Below, in pieces: positions 26,501-41,260 of a DNA stretch of 64,000 nt. Under the pieces are notes generated by a model, which had not been told where the DNA came from, did not search any database, and saw nothing but the letters and a program-made list of their open reading frames with translations. Origin of the DNA: the human T2T-CHM13v2.0 reference genome, Homo sapiens. Where the stretch lies: the NCBI RefSeq assembly GCF_009914755.1, contig NC_060926.1; one strand, written 5' to 3'. Within the stretch, counting starts at the first letter, position 1, and every line of letters starts with the position of its first letter. A program made the translations under genes and the position numbers.

Positions 26501-27513
26501 CATAAAAACCCTGAAAGAAAACCTGGGCAATACTATTCAGGACATAGGCATGGACAAAGACTTCATGACTAAAACACTGCAACAAACACTTAAATGTGAA
26601 ACCTAAAACCATAAAAACCCTAGAAGAACCTAGGCAATACCATTCAGGACATAGGCATGGGCGAAGACTTCATGACTAACACACCAAAACAATTGCAACA
26701 AAAGCCAAAATTAACAAATGGGATCAAATTAAACTAAAGAGCTTCTGCACAGCAAAAGAAACTATCATCAGAGTGAACAGGCAACCTACAGAATGGGAGA
26801 AAATTTTTGCAATCTATCCATTTGACAGAGGTCTAATATCCAGAATCTACAAGAAACTTCAACAAATATACAAGAAAAAAAACAACCCCATCAAAAAGTG
26901 GGCAAAGGATATAAACAGACACTTCTCAAAAGAAGACATTTAAGTGGCCAACAAACATGAAAAAAAAGCTTATCATCACTGGTCTTTAGAGAAATGAAAA
27001 TCAAAACCACAATGAGATACAATCTCATGCCAGTTAGAACGGCGATCATTAAAAAGTCAGGAAACAACAGATGCTGGTGAGGCTGTGGAGAAATAGGAAT
27101 GCTTTTACACTGTTGATGGGAATGTAAATTAGTTCAACTATTGTGGAAGACAGTGTGGTGATTCCTCAAGGATTTAGAACCAGAAATACCATTTGACCCA
27201 GCCATCCCATTACTGAGTATATTCCCAAAGGATTATAAATCATCCTATTATAAAGACACATGCACACATGTGTTTATTGCAGCACTATTTGCAATAGCAA
27301 AGACTTGGAACCAACCCAAATACCCATCAATGATAGACTGGATAAAGAAAATGTGGCACATATACACTATGGAATACTATGCAGCCATAAAAAAGGATGA
27401 GTTTACGTCCTTTGCCAGGGACATGGATGAAGCTGGAAACCATCGTTGTCAGCAAACTAACACAGGAACAGAAAACCAAACACCACATGTTCTCACTAAT
27501 AAGTGGGAGTTGA
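23590..27513 (+). pseudogene. L1 ORF2p remnant (EN, RT, C-terminal), fragmented
   Basis: ORF pieces contain GDFNT (endonuclease), [10 protein letters not shown] and LFTDD (RT), MFIAALF..WNQP (C-terminus). Confidence 0.9.
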
Positions 27514-27890
27514 ACAATGAGAGGACATGGACACAGGGAGGGGAACATCACACACCAGGGCCTGTCAGGGGTTGGGGAACAAAGGCAGGAAGAATATTAG
27601 GACAAATACCTAATGCATGTGGGGCTTAAAACCTAGATGACATGTTGACAGGTGAAGCAAACCACCATAAAACAGGTATACCTACGTAACAAACCTGCAT
27701 GTTCTGCACATGTGTCCCAGAACTTAAAATTAAAAAAAAGAACCAAAGGAAAAGGGTTTCACCTTATAAAACCATTAAAAACAAAGAATAAGGTAGATAG
27801 CCCTATTTCTAATTTTCCAAGTGTCTAGTCACTTATTTCAATATCATTTATAATCACTTTTCCCCTCTCACTTGAAGTGATAATAACTTC

Positions 27891-28325
27891 TGCAGTAGAC
27901 AGAACGTGTATACCACAGATGCCCACATGCTAATCTCCAAAAACCTATAAATATGTTAGGTCAAAAGGCAAAGGAAAATTAAGGTTGCTAATCAGATGAA
28001 CCTGTGATGTGGTGCATAACCTGGATTATCCAGGTGGACCCAATGTAATCACAAGAGTGCTTGTAAGTGGAAGAAGGAGGCAAAAGGGTCAGAGTCAGAG
28101 AAAGAGTTGAGGATGCTATGCTGCTGGCTTTGAATATGGCGGCCAGGGCCAAGAGACAAGCAAAGAAGGCAGCCACTAAAAGCTGGAAGAGGCAAGGAAA
28201 CAGATGCTTCCCAGAGCCTCCTGAAGTCATGCAGTACTGCCAACACCTTGATTTCAGCTCAGCGAGACCCACTTTGGACTTCTCATATTCAGAACTGTAA
28301 GGTAATAAATTTGTATTGTTTTAAA
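27891..28325 (+). mobile_element. MLT1D MaLR LTR
   Basis: cctggattatccaggtggacccaatgtaatcacaag...aagctggaagaggcaaggaaacagat...cagaactgtaaggtaataaatttg. Confidence 0.85.
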
Positions 28326-28404
28326 AAATTACTGTGTAAAAAGCTATCCAATTACATTGTCCTCTCTGGTGAAAACCTGTATATTTGTAGTTGGGTTTTA
28401 GTCT

Positions 28405-28605
28405 GGAGAGTCACCCAAAGTGAATTGCTTATCAGAGTGCTCTGGGAAATTATGAAAAAAAAATCAGTTCTCTACATTTAGATATTCTGATTCAGTAGGT
28501 CTAGGATGGGGGCCCCCTAATTTATATGTTTAACCAAATCCTTAGTGGATTTTTATGCACCCATTCCGGTGCTTTTTTATGTCAGCTTGCTTTTGGGAAC
28601 CACTG
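28405..28605. mobile_element. MER5-family DNA transposon
   Basis: ttctgattcagtaggtctaggatgggggcc...tttgggaaccactg. Confidence 0.55.
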
Positions 28606-29484
28606 TTGCAGAGCTATGAAAACCCAAAGAGCCAGAAGCAAGCAACGTTTATCCATCAGTAACTAGAGAGGAGACCAGGAATCTGGTGGTCATTGATGTA
28701 GTCAAAGGATAGTTTTAATCTGTGTGGGTCAGGTGTAATCAATTAAGTTACCAATGTTGTCATCTCTCTTTGCCTAATATTCAAGCCTTCAATTTACTAA
28801 TTCAATATACTAAATAAATTGTAATCGTAAGAACGTTTTGTCATGTTTTCACATGAGTACTGTAGTTAAATGAAAGTCATATTATTGATTACAAAATAAA
28901 CCTGAATAGCCTGATTCAATAAACTTGATTAACCTGATTCATCAACCCTATGCCTGTCAACAACAGAACTCTATAAAACCAGAGAGCCTAACCCTTGGTA
29001 ATAACAAGTCTATCATGAAAATGCCACTTTGGGGGCCACTCTGGAGGCGGACGTTGGATTTTCTCCTGCTTAGTCCTGAAGGGGAGGAGGAATTTCAGGT
29101 CCTTCATCCCATCCCTATCTCAGGTCTCTCACCCTTTCTTAGGTGTCCTATCACAGGTCGGATTCTCCGAGAAGAAGAATAAGAGATAAATAAATTGAAA
29201 AACTAATACTAATTAGTAAATTATTTATACTATGTGGGCATTTTTATGATGATGATGATTATTATTATTACTATAGGTTTTTCTAATTGTTGGTTGAGCA
29301 CAACTTGCCTATTTTGCTCTTTGTTTTCATGCATAAGCATGAGAGGACTATGAAATACACTAAAAAGTGGCATATTTGATCAGTTTTGTCATTTACTTTC
29401 TGTATTAGCCACAAGACCAGGTTATTAATCTTTAGCAACAAATCAAAACAAATTAATTTGCTCTGGTAGGTACACTATGCATCC

Positions 29485-29855
29485 AGGTATACTGGAATAT
29501 TATGCATCCAAAAAGAAGAACAAGATCATGTTTTTTGCAGCAACATGGCTGGAGCCAGAGGCCATTATCCTTAGAAAACTAACACAGGAACAGAAAACCA
29601 AATATCGCATGTTTTCACTTATAAATGGGACTTATGAGAACACATGGACACATAGAAGGGAACAGCAGACACTGGGGCCTGCTGGAGGCTGGAGGGTAGG
29701 AGGAAGGAGACGGTCATAAAAAATAACTAAAGGGTACTAGGCTTAATGCCTGGGTGATGAAATAATCTATACAACAAACCCCCATAACAAAAGTTTGCCT
29801 ATGTAACAAACTTGCACTTATATCCCTACACTTAGAATAAAACCTTAAAAAAAAA
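29485..29855 (+). mobile_element. 5'-truncated L1PA13/14-type 3' end
   Basis: gggtactaggcttaatgcctgggtgatgaaataatctatacaacaaacccc, then poly(A). Confidence 0.8.
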
Positions 29856-31361
29856 GAGCCTTCTTTGGCCGTCCTTCCATGTTTCCTATGGACACATCCC
29901 ACAGCAATGATGGGCCTCTAAAACCCTATTGCAATTTTGTTTTCATTTTTCTTCACTTTTTTTCTCTTTCTTGACATCTACTATGAAGTCTCATTTCCCC
30001 TGCTTATTGCCATAGATTGCTTGTCTATAATGAAGCTCTGCCTTAGAAATGCCAAATATAATGAAAAAAGGTGGAGAAAACATAGCAAAGTTGGCCACTG
30101 AAATTTGTGAGGGTCACACATTTATAAAGCACACAGGTTTTGCAAATTCATCAGCTAAACTTTGAAATAAGTGTACGATCCTTTGCTCTTTTCTCGGGGC
30201 AACTTTAAGTTTTCTACTCTTTACTACATTGAGATCATATCACTGTAAAATGTAAAAATGAACATTTGGAGAGTTTAGCATATGTCTATAGGCCAAACTT
30301 AATCCAAATCAAGCTCTAACTTTTAAAACTTCAGCTAGACAGTAGAAAATGAATCATTGCTTTGCATAAATATTTTGTTTGTATTGACATATTATGAAAT
30401 TTCCAAGAAAAGATTTTACCTCATAAAAAATTGGTTAACTATCCTGAGCACCTATTATATATGTCTCTTGTCAAAATTTAAATGGAATAAACATTTAAGT
30501 ACTTAATATGATAATCTAAACTTTCCTTTCCCTCCAATTCTATCTTATTAGAGGGTAAAATGAATAATATTCTTAGTTCCAGACTTTGCTAGAGGAACAA
30601 ATACACAGAGATAGAATATATTTGATAAAACAAAGTTTAATGATAATAATCTGAAGGAAACAGTTCTACTACTGTACATTTTTATCCATGCATAAAGACA
30701 CTCTTCTGTTTTTCAGAAACACTAGAAAACAAAACCAAAACCAAAATAAACAACAATAAAAAGCATTCTGAGTGATTTTGCAGCTTGTAAATGACTTGAG
30801 AAAAATACGTGCTTTATTAACCACGCGCTTGTGAGAGTTACTAGATTTTCAAATATATGTATGTTGTCCCATGTAATCCTATGATAAGTGAATGGTTATA
30901 ATCTTCCTTTTAAAGATGAGAACGTGTAGATAAGAGATATTCAATAAATTCCCCCTTCTTGTGCAGCTGAGCCCCATGCCCAGAAACATTTGTTTCCAGA
31001 ATCCAGCTGTTTTCTCTATATCACAATACTTTTCAATTAGATTGTAATTTTTTTTGTGAAAAGGAAAATAATTCATCTATTCATCAACCATTTATTAATT
31101 ATTCTCCAAAATCCTAACTCCATGCTGGGTAATTTTGGAGAATTACAAGTGAAGATGATAAGGAACTTTCACTAACCTACTTTCAAAATAGGAGAAATGA
31201 AATTTCAGTAAACAGATACATATTTTACTTCCAGTAGTGCCTAATTGCCTTTGACATCTTCCTGGTGATTGTTTCCCAGAATATTGTTAGGAAGCTCCAT
31301 CCTACCTCTCTTCACTTGTTCTTTATTTTTGCATTTTTGGTGGCAATAACAATCTACAGTA

Positions 31362-31765
31362 CTTGATTAGTCAGGGTGATTAATGGTTGTAGCAAATAAC
31401 TCCAAACTCTTTTGATTTAGCACAACACAACACAAGAGCATTTTTTGTTCATGGTGTATACAAGTTGGAGCTACCCTACTGAGAGAGAGGAGTGTGGAAG
31501 GCACTCTGCTTTAATCATTCAGGAGTTCAGTCTTTTCATTCTTTGTAGTAGTATTTTCTGCACAAGACCTGCAAGATTGCCCCTGAATTAGAAGAATAAA
31601 GATGGAGAAAATGTTTTATAGGGCTCATTTTCATCCACACACCATTGGTTAGAACGTAATTGCTCGGCTCGTTCCAGAATAGGCAGGGGTTGGAAAATGT
31701 GACTTAGCTGTGTTCCCAATAGGAAGATGATTCTGTGAACACAAAACATCGTCTTTGGCACAAGT
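31362..31765 (-). mobile_element. Old MaLR LTR (MLT1K/L-like)
   Basis: ccattggttagaacgtaattg...ggggttggaaaatgtgacttagctgtg. Confidence 0.5.
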
Positions 31766-32104
31766 ACTTTTGCCCCCATGTTATTTTAAGGGGTTTGATG
31801 AACAGAAAATAATGCCTAGGATGCAGATCCAAATACAGCTTTCTAGAGTGCATGTGGGCATGGAGAAATGTTGGGTTCCTCATGCGTAAGAACCCATACG
31901 CCTCAATTTTAGCCTCTGATATTCCCATGTTCGTTGATGCCTCATTTGCTGCTTAGTCTGAGCAATAGCAGGGAACATTTACATTTATGTTCAGGCTCCC
32001 ACAATTTCCAGAAATGCACTTCAAGACAGTTTCAGAAGTATTCAGGGATCCCTTTTAAACTCTGTCTCAGAGAAAGTGACAGTCCTGTCCAGTGATGTTG
32101 GCTA

Positions 32105-32500
32105 TATTTCATTTACTAATCCAATTTTTCAAAAATGTGTGTTTGATATTTACTATGTGCTAAGCATGATATTAAGGTCTGAATATGTATGCATACACAT
32201 TCATATATATATAAAAACTACTGTTTTACATATATGTATATATACATATATATGTAAATACATGTCAAAATAGACATGACCTTTGATGTCCTAGAATTTA
32301 TAGCTTAGCTGGTGGAGTGTGGGGAGCAGATATTAATCAAAGAATGTCACGAAATGCTTATGCTGTACTTCTAAAAGTTGATATATGTTATGAAGGAAAG
32401 TGCTGAGCTATGGAGTAGAATACAAGGGGGCTTGTCCTAATTCTGGCTTATGTTTGAAAGCTGAGGAATAAATGGGATTTAACTAGGCAAGTAGAAAAGA
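32105..32500 (-). mobile_element. L2 3' fragment with a TA-rich insert
   Basis: tactatgtgctaagca...agacatgacctttgatgtcctagaatttatag...aagctgagg. Confidence 0.5.
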
Positions 32501-32516
32501 GACTGGAGCAAAGGAA

Positions 32517-32801
32517 ATCCTCTTCCCAGCCCCACTACCAGTACACGTGACTCTGCTTCCTCCATTTACCACCTTCTGGAAAGCCACAGACCCTGTAGTA
32601 GTTCTTGTGCATCTAGATTTTCCACCAGTGCCACAGATTTTCCCATCAGTTCCACAGAATTCCTGAATGATTGAAGCAAATATCCTCTTCATAGCCCCAC
32701 TTCCAGTACAAATGACTCTGTTTCCTCCATTTACCGACTTCCGGAAAGCCACAAACCCTGTAGTAGCTATTGTGTATCTAGATTTTCCACTAGTGCCACA
32801 G
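32517..32801. repeat. 165-bp-period tandem duplication (two 120-bp copies, about 88% identical)
   Basis: 32517-32636 vs 32682-32801; 14 substitutions and no indels by hand count. Confidence 0.9.
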
Positions 32802-34052
32802 GATAGAAAAATCATCATATGAATTGTCTGTCTCCAGTGAGAGGAGAAATAGGTCTCTCTTGATGAATAGAAATCTTCTTCTCCTGTGACTCTAACCCTT
32901 TAACAATCTAGACAAGAAAGTTAAATTATGTTTACGTGAGACTTCTCCATGGCTTTTCTGACCACCAAGATTCTCTAAAACCCTTCCTATCCACTCCTGA
33001 ATAAGTCTTATTGCACATTTTATAAAGAAATGGCATGGGTAAAACATTGATATAATTCTCTTTGCATTCAACTATGAAATAATTCTTGAACTAAGTGATT
33101 ATGACTAAGTGTTCATTTAAATGCAATAAAGTGCTTCAAACAATGAAGAAGGAAATAAGCTTGGGAGTGAGCAAATTGATCCTATAGTGGTCAAGGCCAG
33201 TGCTTTACAGATGGGAAGAGAAAATTATAATTAGCTTCAAAACAGCTCTAGCCAATTTGTATGGATCTGGCTAATATTGATGCCAATTGGAAGTCAATAA
33301 TTGATTAGCAGTCTTAATAACTGTTTTTAGCTTTTAATTGTAGAAAATTAAAAATGTAGATTCTTCAAGCAATAATCTGAATACAGGTATTAATAGCTGA
33401 AATAGTATATTAATTTTTATTTACATCTCTGAAAGATAAAAATGTAATTTATAGCAGGCTTATAAAATTCAAGTACAGTTGAAATTATAATGGACACTAA
33501 TGACATTTAATCAAGGCTAAGCCTGTTAGCTAGATAAACAATTTTAATTCATGTTAGAAGTGTAAACAGAGTATAATTTGGTCTCTACTTGGATATCAGC
33601 TGACATTTTGTTTTTATCCTAGCCAGTAGCATGATGAAAAAATTTCCCTTTTTTTTTTTTGCTTGTTTCTTTGTTTTGGTTTGTAGAATAGATGTTTTAA
33701 AAAGTAGTTCATCATTTATTGAAATGTTTTATTAGATAGGATGACTGTAACCTAAGTTCTAGGCAATGCTTTACACATCTTCAAAATTAGAAATAAAAGA
33801 TGTTCCATTAAGCAAATATAAGATCAAACACAGTGATTAGAAAATGTGCTCCTGATGTGTTTTTGGGTAGAGCATGAGTCAAGAGCTTTAGGAAGCATAT
33901 TTTCCCCACCAGCCAACAGCTTTTGGAAGCGTATTTTCCCCTAGAATGAATGATTGTTATTTTGTATCACAATACATTTGAAGCTTTCTTGGAACTTCCT
34001 TGGTTGCACCAAATATCAAGAACTTGACTCAGTGTCCTCCTAAAGAAAGTTC

Positions 34053-34740
<688 letters not shown>

Positions 34741-34766
34741 TCAGCTACTATAAGAAGTACAGCTGG

Positions 34767-35069
<303 letters not shown>

Positions 35070-35078
35070 AAGAAGTAC

Positions 35079-35383
<305 letters not shown>

Positions 35384-36359
35384 TTATCTTGAGTACTGGG
35401 TGGGCATGCAAACAATTTTTACACGTATAAAGTGCAGAAGATGTCAAAGATAAAAACACTGTCTAATGGGTGCTCTTTTTCTGGCTAGTCTTAAGAACTT
35501 GATGCATTCTCTTCTTAACATATCATTGCTAGAACTCTGCCATAGTGTCAAAAGTAATTTTACTATAAATCCTAAACTGGACAGAGAGTCAAAATTAATC
35601 TGGTAGCCACTAACTTTTACTGTCCTTACTAGTTTGCAAAGTACACAGTTAGTTTAGTTTCCAGATTGATGACATCATAATACCAAAAAATCAACGTATT
35701 TATTAATAATAAAGTAAGAACAATTTTTAAAAAATTAAGGCCTTAAATGAGATTTGAAGAATATTAAAAATAAATGTTCTTGCTCTCCAGGGAATGAGAG
35801 GGGAGGAGCAAGGAGAATTTAATCATTGGAAACTAAGCCTGTGCTAGTATTAAAGTGGTATAACATTCCTTCCCACTGTGTTGTTTACAGTTACTTTTAT
35901 CTTGCCTTGAAAAATGTAAGCTGTTTGTTATTTTTATGTACGTTTAAAGTTTATGTTATAGTTTTGTTAGAAACAAAATTTCAATGGCATTTAAATGCAA
36001 ATTAACTAGAGTTTATGAAAATCTATTAAAATTATACAGTTTAATCCTATTTAAGATTCTACAACACAGGGAGAACAGGAGATGTGAAATAAAAGTGTAT
36101 CTTCTGGCAAACAAAATAGGGAACCGTAATAATTATGCGGAAACCGTTGATAGGCTGTTACTATGTAGATCAAGGACAGTCCTAAAATAGTAACCTTTTA
36201 AAAGAATTCCATGGAAGTCCAGAGAAGCAAATGTTCCCTGGAGCACAGTTAATCAAATATGGCATGACTTATTTCTTGTGGTCTCTAAGTGTATGTACGC
36301 AGAGTGAGTTTAAACTAACCATTTCTATCATTCCTTACTTATCATATAGATAGATATAA

Positions 36360-36800
36360 AACATTGTTAATGCTCAATGTGTTCCAGGGTGTAGGAAACA
36401 TACATTATTATAAATTGTTAGTTGGAGTATAACTTGATACAGTTTTTCCTGGAAATAATTGCTATACATGTAAAAGTTTTAAAATGTATGTGCCCTTCAA
36501 TTTCATATCTATGGATATACCCTGAAGTGATAATTGAGCAAAAAAGGATGAAAAATAGAGGAAAGTTGTTCAACAAAGCATATCTTACAAGCATAAAGAA
36601 ATGAAAACAACCCATGCAATAACGTATTTGTAACAACTGGATGGTGATATAGGTCAATACTTATTGGAACATAAAGGTGCTGAATATTTTCCTTAATTGA
36701 TGAATAAATGTAATGTAATTGCTAACCAAAAACCAACAAAAGATAAAAATTTAAGTTGAGTTGCAAATATTTGGAGAAAGAATAGTTAGGGAATACGAAT
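36360..36800 (+). mobile_element. Old L1ME-type fragment
   Basis: gttggagtataacttgatacag...tggaaataattg...tttaaaatgtatgtgccctt. Confidence 0.45.
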
Positions 36801-36829
36801 CTTGCCACATATAAATACAGAAAAGCAAT

Positions 36830-36977
36830 AATAGGAGGGAGAGGGGTGGGAGGGTAGGAAAGAAATAAAGAGAGGAAGAAAAGGAAGGGAGGGAAGAAAA
36901 GGAAGGGAGGGAAGGAAAGGAAAGGGAAGGGGAAGGAAAGGAAAAGGATGGGAAGGGAGGGAGGGAAAGAAAGAAAG
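36830..36977. repeat. GA-rich purine low-complexity tract
   Basis: (GGAA/GGGA)n runs with almost no pyrimidines. Confidence 0.85.
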
Positions 36978-37029
36978 CAGACATTGAGGAAATTATTTGG
37001 CAACTATATCAACTTTCTATTGGTATATT

Positions 37030-37525
37030 TCTATTTCTGTTGCTGTATCTATTTCTAGTAACAAAGCACCCTAAGAGTCTGAGGCTTAAATTCATAATAA
37101 TTTATTATAGCTCTTGAATCATGATGATAGGGTTGGCTGGGCTTGGCTGATCTCAGCGGGTTTCTCTCAAGATTCTGAGGGTTGGCTAATTCTAGGATTA
37201 TGTAAACTGACCTCATCTGAGGCAAGTAGGGTGGCTTGGACCTGTTCTTCCTGACTGTCCTCCATTTTCTGGGACTAGTGGATTAGCCTGGGCATATCCT
37301 AGGGGCAACGACAGAGTACAATAAGACAACAGAAACAAAGAAATTCTCTTGACACCGAGACTCAGAATTGGCACACATAACTTCTGCTGCTTATTAATAA
37401 TATTAGCCAAAGCAAGTCATAAAGACTGCTTGGATGTAAGAGATGACAAAATAGTGATAAAGACCATAGAGTTACAGGTCAAGGGGCATGGATTTAGGAA
37501 CAAAAACTAGGGCCATTAATACAAA
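37030..37525 (-). mobile_element. MLT1G/H MaLR LTR
   Basis: actcagaattggcacac...agccaaagcaagtcataa...gggcatggat...gggccatt. Confidence 0.65.
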
Positions 37526-38165
37526 CTATAAAAACACCCAAGTAACGAGTAGATATTTTTGTGAGATTTCAAGAGTTGTTAGACATTAATCAAAGATTAA
37601 TAAGTTGAAAAGTGCAAAGAATAAAAACTATAATTCACAGAAAAAGAAATATATTAATAAAAGGCTTATAAGCATAAAACTCATTTATAAATTTTAATTT
37701 TATTAAAAATTAAAATAATGCATATTATAATAATTATATACTTTTAATTACATCCATGAGACTGACAAAGTCTAAAATGGTGATAGTACCTTATGTTTAC
37801 CAGAGTGTGAAGGTGAAGAAACATTCCTATTCTTTCTTTGTAGAAACTTAATTATTGAGATGTCATCAGAAGATAATTTTATAATATCCATCATAATTGG
37901 AAATTTACATTTTTTTAAAAACAATGGTTTTACTTCTAGGAATTTATTCTCTGATATACATGCATGTCCTATATGAATAGATAAATGGAGAGGAATGCTT
38001 ATTGTTTATAACGAAATATACTAAAAGACTCAAATTTTCATCAATATGTGTATCCTTACACAAATTATGATGCTTTTCATTTTGTTAGATACCTTGTAAA
38101 CACTGAAAAAGTGAAGTAAACTTTTGTCTTATGTAGGTTGTGTTTTTAAAAATAATTCTCATCTG

Positions 38166-38473
<308 letters not shown>

Positions 38474-38676
38474 TTCACATTTGAATGGTATAGAAAAACA
38501 TTACGACATTCTGCAGCATCTAGAATACTTCCTAGTGTAGAAAAAGATGTTATTTAAATGGTATTTTGTTCACTCATTACTTATGTTTTATACATTTTAT
38601 TTCTTTTTGAGCATCCTGAATTATGCATGCTAAAAGAATCAACAGTACAAATATTTATTTTAAAAAGTGAAAAACT

Positions 38677-39003
38677 GGCCAGATGTGGTGGCTTATGCCT
38701 GTAATACAAGCACTTTGGGAGGCCAAGACAAGCAGATCACTTGAGGTCATGAGTTTGAGACCAGCCTGGTCAACATGGCAAAACGCTATTTCTACAAAAC
38801 AAACAAACCAAAACAAACAAACAAAAAACAAACAATTATCTAGGGGTGGTGGCCAGCACCTGTAGTCTCAGCTACTCCAGAGGCTGAGGCACTAGAATCG
38901 CTTGAACTCAGGAGGAGGAGGTTGCAGTGAGCCCAGATTGCACCATTGCACTCCAGCATGGGCGACAAGTGAGACTCTGTCTCAAAAAATGGAAATAAAA
39001 AAA
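38677..39003 (+). mobile_element. Old Alu (AluJb/Sz-like) with (AAAC)n expansion in the linker
   Basis: Dimer; TSD aaaaagtga(a/g)aaact. Confidence 0.9.
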
Positions 39004-40559
39004 GTGAGAAACTACTTTTAGTAGTGTCTTTTAAATTCAAAGCTATAAATGAAGGTCTTTTTCTATGTTCCTTTAACCATTAATTAATACATTTTGAGTG
39101 TCTGACAACTCTGTACTAGCTGTTCTGGGTGCTACAATTGCAGCATCCAGTCAAAGGGGCAAATATTCTAGTAAGGGGGAGAGATAAAGAAAATCAAATA
39201 AGCAAATGGATGAGTAATATAACTTCATATAGTAATAAATGTATTTGTTAAGAAATCACAAGTTTGATTCCTGCAGACACATCTCTGCTTCTTTTAGTTA
39301 TTTGCACATACTTCTCTTATTTATTGAATATCTACTTTATAAAAGGAATAGTGCTAGCTGCTGTGGATATGATAGTAAATAAAATATCTCTTACTGCATG
39401 ATGTTTACAGTCTTTGATGTAGCAGACCATTTTTTCCATTATATTTGTATTTCTCAATAGAAAGATTTGACCAGATCAGTGGTTCTCAAATTGGAGGAGC
39501 AGGGCTGTGCTAGCATAATCTCAATTTTTGGTCAAAGTACACATAGCCACCTTATATCCCCTTATTTAACTGTATTGGACCCATGTCATTCTTTTGGGTC
39601 TTTATCTATGCAGCAGAATGTGTGAGTGGCACATGGGCTTTAAACATTCTTTAGGTTGTGATATACTCCCCAGAAAATAAAAAAAGGAAGTATGAAATTT
39701 ATCTGTCTCTCTTGTATAATAAACAATCTTGTGAAAATACTAGTTAGAATTACTCCCCCAAGAATTCTCTGGCATGATTCTCTATGTTCAGAAATGATGC
39801 TACCGACTACTAGAAGCAATTATGACTTCAAATCAGTGAGCAAAGGGGACATAAATATCTCCCCACATATAAAACACCGTGCCAAACAAGAGTCAGAAGA
39901 GTCAATAGGAAGATGAGTCAGCTTCATCATTTGTGTCGTGAAGATAGAGCCACCAGTCGATTTATTGGTTCACCATTTTACGCACAGATTTGGCAACACA
40001 TGAAGTAAGCTTTGGAGTTCACTTTTCCAGAGACAGTCTGAAAAGGAGGGAGAGAGAGAGACAGAAGATGAGCTAAATGCATTTATAGGCTATTTTCCTC
40101 TGTCTGATTTCATGGGGTATCTCAGTCTGTCTTTCAAATTGAATATCTACTGTGTATCCAAGGTTGAACTCAGTCTTTTGTCCCTTTTTCTTAGACCTTC
40201 CTCCATCCTGCTATCTGTCCCTGCAGTATCTTAGACTCAAGAGTTTCAGAGCACATGCAGAAGGCAGGAGAGTGGTTACTTGAAAAATCCCCGGAAACTT
40301 GACAACCTGTAGCCACCTCTAATTTCGGAACATCCATCACCAGACATTTATCAAAAAGAGAAATTTATTTCTATTTCTTAATTTAGTGTTATTCAGGTCT
40401 CCCTCTTATATATAGTCATACCAAATCCTCACCTACAGATGTGATCATATATCTACATAAAGGGACAATGGCAGATAATTTTGGAGTTGTAAATATGAGT
40501 ATTTTTATAGGAACTTACTATCCAACAGAGACATTGAAATCTTACAGTTAATTTTTTTA

Positions 40560-41260
40560 TACCCATACATCAATAGACGTATTCAGCAATCATTAAAACA
40601 GTAATAGTATTTGTATGTGGAGAGGAGGCTAAAGAGATGAAATTCAAGAAGTAGAAAGTTCTAAAGAACTTTTATTATGTAGTAACAAAATATGTAACTC
40701 CTTCCAAAATGATCTATAAATTAGTGGAAAGTTTTATTCTAAAAGAATTTCTTTTGCAAGAAGTCTTAACAACCCTCATCTACATTTTACACAGAAATCA
40801 AAGTCCTAAATGAAGCCAGAGCACTTTAGAGAAAGAAAAGCAAATGAGGATCTAATTCTATCAGATATCAAGAATTAGTATAATGCTGTATTAACTTTGT
40901 GCAGCATTGATGCAAGGACTGACCAATTGAAAAGAATAAAGAGTCCAGAAGAAAGCCCACGTATATACAGAAAACATAACTTATAACTAATGTATCATTT
41001 TATATTACAGATTCAAGGATGTACTGTCAGTATTTAGAGTTAATGTTAGCAAACAGGTTAGTAGTAAAATACCTTTTTATCTGTAATTCCATCAAGATCA
41101 ATATTTATGGGATCTGATTGAAATGGGTCTGAGTGAAATACAAATGATGGATTATGGGCAAAGTTAGACTTTTCGTAGAAAAACATGTCATTGTTGTGAT
41201 AAGCATCACCAATGACATATGCTGAATATATTGATAATTTATCCAAAATTAAGATGGATC
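40560..41260 (+). mobile_element. Old L1M ORF2 3' fragment
   Basis: ctatcagatatcaaga...gaccaattgaaaagaataaagagtccagaa. Confidence 0.55.
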
